From: a virus
Taxonomy: Duplodnaviria; Caudoviricetes
Virus record (IMG/VR): IMGVR_UViG_3300010236_000007
Span: 1 to 32,067 of that record
Reading direction: 5' to 3' (one strand)
Length of the DNA stretch: 32,067 nucleotides
The notes beneath the pieces were generated by a model that made no database searches, was not told the origin of the DNA, and worked only from the letters and a program-made list of their open reading frames with translations. The position numbers and the translations under genes are program-made. Shown in pieces: positions 26,753 to 32,067 of the stretch (position 1 is the stretch's first letter; each line of letters begins with the position of its first letter).

Positions 26753-27109
26753 TTACTTATTATCCTCAACAAAATTAACTTTAATAGCCTCACACCCTTC
26801 ATAACATTCTGGACATCTAGCAACCCCATCTACTACTGGTTCATAAATCTCTGCTCCACAACAGTTGCTAACATATCTAAGATCCAAATCTATATACCTG
26901 ATCCTAGCTACTTCATCCCAAAACTCTACCCAGTCTTCATCTCGAAGATCTATAAATCCAGAGATTTTCTTAATCTTCTCAAGCGGTTGAGTAATTAAGC
27001 TCTTAACATACTCAAGATCCTTCTCAAGGATTTCTTCTATGTTGTAATAGATGTTAGAGGGCAATCTATTGCCTTCATCATCATATCCAACTGGAATATT
27101 TGTACTCAT
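26753..27109 (-). CDS. Hypothetical protein with C-terminal Zn ribbon
   Basis: SNCCGAEI...RCPECYEGC. The start is probably ATG 27109, downstream of the promoter. Confidence 0.7.
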   Translation of the reverse strand: MSTNIPVGYDDEGNRLPSNIYYNIEEILEKDLEYVKSLITQPLEKIKKISGFIDLRDEDWVEFWDEVARIRYIDLDLRYVSNCCGAEIYEPVVDGVARCPECYEGCEAIKVNFVEDNK

Positions 27110-27138
27110 ATATTTAGTGTTAATAAATTTATTAATAC

Positions 27139-27167
27139 ATGGTAACACCCTTGTTACACCTTGTCAA
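27139..27167 (-). promoter_or_regulatory. Sigma70-type promoter with overlapping palindromic operator
   Basis: TTGACA-N17-TACCAT with a TGn extended -10; GTAACA-N4-TGTTAC at 27142-27157. Confidence 0.8.
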
Positions 27168-27173
27168 GTGTTT

Positions 27174-27539
27174 TTAATTTTTATTTTTGCCTTTCTTGAG
27201 TTTTCCCGCTCTCTTACCGCAGAATTGACATACAAAATCTTTTAATTGAGTATTGTAATAGGTAACCGAATGAGAGCATTTTTTCTTTTTCACTTCTTTT
27301 TTGTAATTAGAATTATGTCTAACTAAATACCCGTTATCATAAGACCACCGAGCATCAAGCCCATAAGCAGTTGGATTATGGATCTTGGCGTGATCTTCAT
27401 CGCAAACCCAGATAACTTTTGATGTAGAACGTCCTGAACCTGCTTCCAAATGATGTTGACAGCAACTCTTGCGGTGTTCACAGACCTCACATTTCTTAAT
27501 CTGGTATCCGAGCTTTTTATCATATTCATAAGTTTTCAC
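27174..27539 (-). CDS. HNH-like endonuclease with Zn fingers
   Basis: CEVC...HH...CDEDHAKIH, plus a C-terminal CSH...CQFC. Confidence 0.7.
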   Translation of the reverse strand: MKTYEYDKKLGYQIKKCEVCEHRKSCCQHHLEAGSGRSTSKVIWVCDEDHAKIHNPTAYGLDARWSYDNGYLVRHNSNYKKEVKKKKCSHSVTYYNTQLKDFVCQFCGKRAGKLKKGKNKN

Positions 27540-27934
27540 TATTCCATGAATCCGAAGTTTTTAACTCCTTGCACATGCCCGTTATTATCTCTGATAACCT
27601 TTCCTATTGTTATAAAATCTAAACGATCAGGATGATTCTCAGCTACATATTGACCAACTACACTAGATACTATGTTTAACACACCTTCTTCAAACTCTGG
27701 AAGTATAACTCCACTCTTAAAAACCTTTTTAGTAATCTCTACTCCACCATACTCTCCTATACACTTAAACTCTGTAGGGATTCTTATAATGTCTCCATAG
27801 GGCTGATAGCAGAGAGTTCTTCCCTCGCCAACTAAAAGATTTATCTCATGAGGTGTTAAGTTTCTTAATTCTTTACAATTCTCTAAATATTCTTGAAATT
27901 TCTCTAATCTTGACTTTTCCTTTGCTTTAGGCAT
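27539..27934 (-). CDS. Hypothetical protein (NLTPHEI motif)
   Basis: 131 aa; LRNLTPHEINL...IVSSVV...RDNNGHVQGV. Confidence 0.7.
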   Translation of the reverse strand: MPKAKEKSRLEKFQEYLENCKELRNLTPHEINLLVGEGRTLCYQPYGDIIRIPTEFKCIGEYGGVEITKKVFKSGVILPEFEEGVLNIVSSVVGQYVAENHPDRLDFITIGKVIRDNNGHVQGVKNFGFME

Positions 27935-27984
27935 GTTAATTTATTTGTAAATTAATATAATATTTTATTGTATACCATAATGTA

Positions 27985-28803
27985 CTATTTTTCATCTTCC
28001 TTACTTAACTTCTCGAAGTCCCATTCGTTATCCTCTTTCCTAAGATTGCTATATATAAGCTTTTCTTTGTGTTTAGTTTCTCTCCATTTATCTTCACTAT
28101 TTCTAGCGAATTTGTTATATACATCTCTGGACATCTCAACTTCATCTTTCCATCTCTCCTGATTTAACCATGAGCTAGGATATGGAATAAACTGTTTATC
28201 GGTTTCTTCTAGTCTCCATTTTCTTAGATACTTCTTTAAGCCTTCCATAATTTCTGTTTCCTTTTTAAGAGAGGTAGCTTTTCTTTTGTAAATCTTTTCT
28301 ACTTTCTGCTTTCCGATTTTCCTAGGATACTTTTCCCAGAAAATCTCAAATTTAGATATATATATATTATTATTCTTTACATTCTTCTTCTTCTTGTATA
28401 TAGTGGACGCGCTTCGTTTCCTTCGTGTTTCCTTCGTATCTCTTTCGTAGTTTCCTTCGTAGTTTTTAGGGTCTTGATAAACGCTATACTGTAGCACCTT
28501 AATGATAAGTCCTCGTGTTGCCTTCGTAGTTTCTATCATGTTGCTTTCGCGAAGCCTTCGTAAAGATTTCGCAATGTCCGATTTTGAGTACTTTTCTTTC
28601 CTGTATCCTACATACCAACACAGGTCATCTTGTATGTCTTTATAAGAGAAGATGTTCTCTCCCCTTTTAAGATTCTTGTATGGAGCATGATTGACTTTTC
28701 TTAGAATATATAACCAGATCTCCCGAGTAGCAGGAGGCATTTTCATTACCTCGCTATTGTCTAATTTTCTTGAGAGCAGGATATATCCTCCATCAATTTT
28801 CAT
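27985..28803 (-). CDS. Phage replication initiator / replisome organiser
   Basis: GGYILLSRK N-terminal wHTH, repeat-rich linker, and C-terminal FEIFWEKYPRKIGK...FIPYPSSWLNQERWKDE. The start is probably ATG 28803. Confidence 0.88.
   Translation of the reverse strand: MKIDGGYILLSRKLDNSEVMKMPPATREIWLYILRKVNHAPYKNLKRGENIFSYKDIQDDLCWYVGYRKEKYSKSDIAKSLRRLRESNMIETTKATRGLIIKVLQYSVYQDPKNYEGNYERDTKETRRKRSASTIYKKKKNVKNNNIYISKFEIFWEKYPRKIGKQKVEKIYKRKATSLKKETEIMEGLKKYLRKWRLEETDKQFIPYPSSWLNQERWKDEVEMSRDVYNKFARNSEDKWRETKHKEKLIYSNLRKEDNEWDFEKLSKEDEK
28350..28561. repeat. Probable replication origin: iterons plus an AT-rich tract inside the initiator gene
   Basis: YTTCGT at 28412, 28421, 28432, 28443 and 28455 (9-12 nt spacing), and again at 28522 and 28556. 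An AT-rich run lies at 28350-28400, as in the lambda O/ori layout. Confidence 0.75.
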
Positions 28804-28830
28804 ATTGCTTGGTCTCAAAATTTAAATTCT

Positions 28831-28876
28831 TGTACAAGGGGAGTAGCGACCAAGCAAGGACTACCCCCCTTATACA
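28831..28876 (-). promoter_or_regulatory. 16-bp hairpin in the initiator 5' leader
   Basis: UGUAUAAGGGGGGUAG/CUACUCCCCUUGUACA (two G-U). The 14-nt loop contains a 10-nt match to 28805-28814. Confidence 0.75.
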
Positions 28877-28926
28877 AACATTCATTTTGAAATCAATTGC
28901 TCTTGGTCTTAATAAATTCATACTTC

Positions 28927-28956
28927 AATATAAACACAGGTGTTACATTTTGTCAA
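28927..28956 (-). promoter_or_regulatory. Sigma70-type promoter for the initiator gene
   Basis: TTGACA-N18-TATATT; the spacer holds TGTAACA-N4-TGTTTA. Confidence 0.7.
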
Positions 28957-28966
28957 GGATGTTTCA

Positions 28967-29014
28967 GAGAGGGTATATTATACTGCGATGCAGATATGTT
29001 GATATACCCCCTCT
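28967..29014 (-). terminator. Hairpin directly after the HNH stop (possible terminator)
   Basis: AGAGGGGGTATAT/ATATACCCTCTCT 13-bp stem; no U-tract. Confidence 0.45.
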
Positions 29015-29019
29015 AGGAG

Positions 29020-29259
29020 CTAATTGCGTGGATCGTAGTATTGGTTACCATAGGTCTCGTGAATCCAACGATGACAAGGGACTTTATGTACAGCTACACA
29101 ATTGTTCAAAGAATTCCCTCCCCCTCTACTTTTATTTTTACAATGATGTACATCCAAGCTCTTGTCTGTTCCTTTCTTCCCGCATACTGGACAAATATAA
29201 TCTTGGTTAATCTTTATCTGTTTCTTCCATGCGTTCTTGCTCTTGTGTTTTCCAGACAC
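29020..29259 (-). CDS. Small HNH endonuclease
   Basis: CPVC...DVHH...GGGNSLNN...CHRWIH; GTG start preceded by GGAGGTG. Confidence 0.85.
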   Translation of the reverse strand: MSGKHKSKNAWKKQIKINQDYICPVCGKKGTDKSLDVHHCKNKSRGGGNSLNNCVAVHKVPCHRWIHETYGNQYYDPRN

Positions 29260-29380
29260 TTAACACCTCCACGGGTTCTAGTTTTAGGACGATTGCACAA
29301 TTAACACAAACTTCTAGCGTTCCCTCACCAACTCGCACTATTAAAAGTGCTTTGTTCCTCTTACATAATTGGCATTTCAT
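29207..29380 (-). CDS. 57-aa C4 zinc-finger protein
   Basis: MKCQLC...CVNC. ATG 29380 is preceded by GGAGGTG; the longer 29476 start in the track is unlikely. Confidence 0.65.
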   Translation of the reverse strand: MKCQLCKRNKALLIVRVGEGTLEVCVNCAIVLKLEPVEVLSVWKTQEQERMEETDKD

Positions 29381-29509
29381 TTCACACCTCCTTGTGTGTA
29401 TCCCACGCAAATTTTTAATGAACTGAGTATGAAAACTCAAAGGGAGGAAAAAGGTAATTCTCGCAAACCTTTCCAATTTTATTTTCGTCGGCGACCTCCC
29501 TTTGGGTCT

Positions 29510-30445
29510 TCAATCAATACTCTCCTCTGCTGTATAGAATGCACTTGCTCTTTTTTCAAATGGGTATAATTTAAGAAAAACACAACCCCTCTTTTTCTTT
29601 CCTAATTCTGACCAACCTTTCTTTTTACTATAATCATCAGAAAACTTATAAGCACCATTAGATACATATAACTGTTTAATATCTCCATCAAAAGTATCAA
29701 TCACTTGTTCGGATATTCCTTTCTTGTGATTGTGCCAACCTATATAGATGTCCCCACCCTGAATTGAATATTTACTTGCCCTGTTTTCTGGGTGCGTATC
29801 ATTATACATACTGTGTCCTTGTAACTGATGTGCTGAAACTATTTTATAGTTCTGTTCTCCTATCTTTAGATTTACTTTCGTTGCACCTCTTACAATAGGA
29901 ATGTTATATCTATCTCTTAACTCATCATATATTGTAGCTCCCATTTTAGAACTCCACATATCGTGGTCGCCCTCCTCAAAATAGAGGATTTTGTCCTCTC
30001 CTACTTCTTTTATCATGCTATTATTAAACATTCTTTGCTGGTTAAAACTTGCTATCTCTCCATCTTGAGCGGGGTTAAAGAAGAAACCATCAATTACATC
30101 CCCACCAAATATTACATAACCCTGTTTTAGTTGAGATATAAAAGCAATATCGTGAGCAAGTAATTCATAATCTACTTCGTATCCTCCAGCGTGAGGGTCT
30201 CCTATTAAAGCAATGACCACAGGTTCGTTTGTTTCTATTGTAATATCTATTTCACTTGGAATACCCTCTACTTCATTCCTCAAGTCCCTTCTTCTGGAAA
30301 ATTCATCTACCCATTCATAAAAACTTGGTTGTCTGCCATATGTTTTCTCTCTTATTAGCTCTGGACTATCTATATTTTCATATTTAATTCGTTTGGCACT
30401 CTTAAAACTTCCATCAGAATAATATAAACCTTCTGTTTCTGGCAT
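29510..30445 (-). CDS. Calcineurin-like metallophosphoesterase
   Basis: GDPH, GGDVID, EGDHD, SAH and GWHNH motifs. Confidence 0.88.
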   Translation of the reverse strand: MPETEGLYYSDGSFKSAKRIKYENIDSPELIREKTYGRQPSFYEWVDEFSRRRDLRNEVEGIPSEIDITIETNEPVVIALIGDPHAGGYEVDYELLAHDIAFISQLKQGYVIFGGDVIDGFFFNPAQDGEIASFNQQRMFNNSMIKEVGEDKILYFEEGDHDMWSSKMGATIYDELRDRYNIPIVRGATKVNLKIGEQNYKIVSAHQLQGHSMYNDTHPENRASKYSIQGGDIYIGWHNHKKGISEQVIDTFDGDIKQLYVSNGAYKFSDDYSKKKGWSELGKKKRGCVFLKLYPFEKRASAFYTAEESID

Positions 30446-30468
30446 GATAATATTTTGTTTAATTTTAA

Positions 30469-30744
30469 CTACTCTCCCTCTATGAGCTTATCTAATTCAG
30501 GTAACTTAATTACAGCATAATATACAGCCTGAGAAACACCATAGACTGCACCTATATTTGCTAGATACTCCTCAAAGGTAGAACTATTGTTAATAAACTC
30601 AAAGATTGTAGCGATTATAAACGCAATCGCAATTACAATTATGGTCAACTGTTCCTTTGATAATTTAATCCACCTCTTGAGCAAAGAGATAACAAAAGGT
30701 ATTACCGCACCTGCGATTAGAACTTGTAAATCTAAATTTTCCAT
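30469..30744 (-). CDS. Holin
   Basis: 91 aa, 2-3 TM segments, directly after the endolysin gene. Confidence 0.75.
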   Translation of the reverse strand: MENLDLQVLIAGAVIPFVISLLKRWIKLSKEQLTIIVIAIAFIIATIFEFINNSSTFEEYLANIGAVYGVSQAVYYAVIKLPELDKLIEGE

Positions 30745-30775
30745 TTTATAAGATTATAAATAATTTAAATAAAAC

Positions 30776-31801
30776 CTACTTCACCTCATCCTTGGTCTCT
30801 ACAGAGTCTTCTTTCTTTTTAGATCTTCCTGTAATTGTATCGTATAAATCCAATATCCAATACAGAGGATGTTTCTTTAATTCGTTTAATTGTTTCACAG
30901 TATCTATCTGGTCAATCTTAATCCGTCTGAGTTCCTTTTCCAAGAGTTTAAGTTCCTCTTCAATCTCTACTGTGCTGAAGTTATCTATTTCATTTCTCAA
31001 TCTTAGGTTAGTTTCTTCTAAACCCTTAATTTTGTCGTTTAGAGCCTTAATATTATCCTTTTGTGTAAGGATTTCTGCATCACGAAGCTCTAAGCTCGAT
31101 TCTAAGCCACGATTTTCACTTTTTAGGGTGTTTATACTGTTATTAAGGGCTTTTATTTGGGCTTTTAACTCTTCTATCATTTTTGGATCTTCTAAATTTA
31201 ATTTTGGAGGGTTGATGATTTTATTTTTATCAACTTTTGATCCCCAACATGCAGTTGGATCACAATTCCAATGTATAACTAAATCATTCCAATCTTTTAA
31301 TTTAGGTAATCGAGTGTTTTCATTATATATGAGTTCTTTGACAAGTTCATGAGCAGATCTATATTGAGCGTCTGTTGGAGCAACTAGATGACACATTCCA
31401 ATAAATGAGAAACCAAGTAAGTAATTATTCCCATATCGTGGAGTCCATCCTCTAAATCCTTTAGTGTTTGGAGTGTGCGCTCTTATTGAGCCTATGTCTC
31501 CTATCAAATATACTTTAGCGTATCCATTAACCTCCTCGGTAGTAATGATTGCATTGTATCCTATACCACCAAATCCTCTCTGTTTGTGAATGTTCCAAAT
31601 AGTAGCTACCTCCTGCTCTGCATTTCCTGTTGGGTGAGTCACTGTGTGATGTCCTACGACCCCAACTACCCCAGATAGGCTTCTATATCCTCTCCAGTCT
31701 TTTGCACCCTTAGAATCGTCCCTAAGCTCATACCAAGCCCCAACCTGTTTTAACTTAGGGACATAGAAGTTGTTGACTTTATTACTCATTGTTTGATTCA
31801 A
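30776..31801 (-). CDS. Endolysin: Amidase_2-type N-acetylmuramoyl-L-alanine amidase with C-terminal coiled coil
   Basis: GHHT...IGYN...RAHT...PTDAQ...H...TACWG. The start may be ATG 31789. Confidence 0.85.
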   Translation of the reverse strand: MNQTMSNKVNNFYVPKLKQVGAWYELRDDSKGAKDWRGYRSLSGVVGVVGHHTVTHPTGNAEQEVATIWNIHKQRGFGGIGYNAIITTEEVNGYAKVYLIGDIGSIRAHTPNTKGFRGWTPRYGNNYLLGFSFIGMCHLVAPTDAQYRSAHELVKELIYNENTRLPKLKDWNDLVIHWNCDPTACWGSKVDKNKIINPPKLNLEDPKMIEELKAQIKALNNSINTLKSENRGLESSLELRDAEILTQKDNIKALNDKIKGLEETNLRLRNEIDNFSTVEIEEELKLLEKELRRIKIDQIDTVKQLNELKKHPLYWILDLYDTITGRSKKKEDSVETKDEVK

Positions 31802-32006
31802 TAAGTTTATCCCGAATCTCTTCGTCCATTAACTTCCCTTCTTTTATTCTCTTCTCTTGTTCTTTAACAAATTCTTTGCCATAAACTTCTCCTTCGGCTT
31901 GTCTCCATTGAGCTTTCTTTTCTGCAACCGTTCTATTCGTATCAAGGGTATCATCAGGTTTAAAATCTTTATTCACAGGTATTTTTTTAATTGTTGTTCC
32001 TGCCAT
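31782..32006 (-). CDS. Hypothetical protein
   Basis: 74 aa, charged, overlapping the endolysin start. Confidence 0.6.
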   Translation of the reverse strand: MAGTTIKKIPVNKDFKPDDTLDTNRTVAEKKAQWRQAEGEVYGKEFVKEQEKRIKEGKLMDEEIRDKLIESNNE

Positions 32007-32067
32007 AATCTTATTCCTAAAATTAGTTTACTGGAATACTGTGTAAAATCCCATCTGTAATTAGGTC

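Noticed and set aside
122-32060. All plus-strand ORFs in the track (for example 2849..3535, 28770..29210, 30792..31352)
   Set aside because: They are antisense shadows of minus-strand genes, rich in Ser/Phe/Leu/Ile, with no recognisable motifs.
1-32067. Stop-codon reassignment, DGR, integrase or CRISPR-Cas
   Set aside because: The standard code gives dense full-length genes using TAA, TAG and TGA as stops. I saw no reverse transcriptase, recombinase or cas motifs.

Overview
This window is 32 kb of an AT-rich tailed-phage (siphovirus-type) genome read with the standard code. Every credible gene is on the minus strand. In transcription order (high to low coordinate) it holds: lysis genes (amidase endolysin, holin), a metallophosphoesterase, a small Zn-finger/HNH pair, a replication initiator with internal iterons, small early genes, a tRNA-like RNA, a RecT/YqaJ/SMC-like recombination module, a second structured non-coding region, a RlaP-type nucleotidyltransferase, two HTH regulators, and three glycosyltransferases with an FkbM methyltransferase. 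These are followed by terminase, an SPP1-like head, neck, tail tube, a frameshifted tail chaperone, tape measure, Dit and a tail-tip protein that runs off the window. No integrase or divergent lysogeny module is visible. Best candidate new system: the major capsid and tail tube proteins both end in [S/T]GISA-stop, and the glycosyltransferase/methyltransferase cluster heads the morphogenesis region. Together these suggest a phage-encoded virion glycosylation and glycan-methylation system with a C-terminal acceptor tag. Other notable signals are a leader-peptide/pseudoknot arrangement at the rep start, two unannotated structured RNAs, a conserved SD-independent gene-junction motif, a shared promoter operator and DnaA-box clusters. 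All family calls come from motif recognition by eye; no database searches were run.
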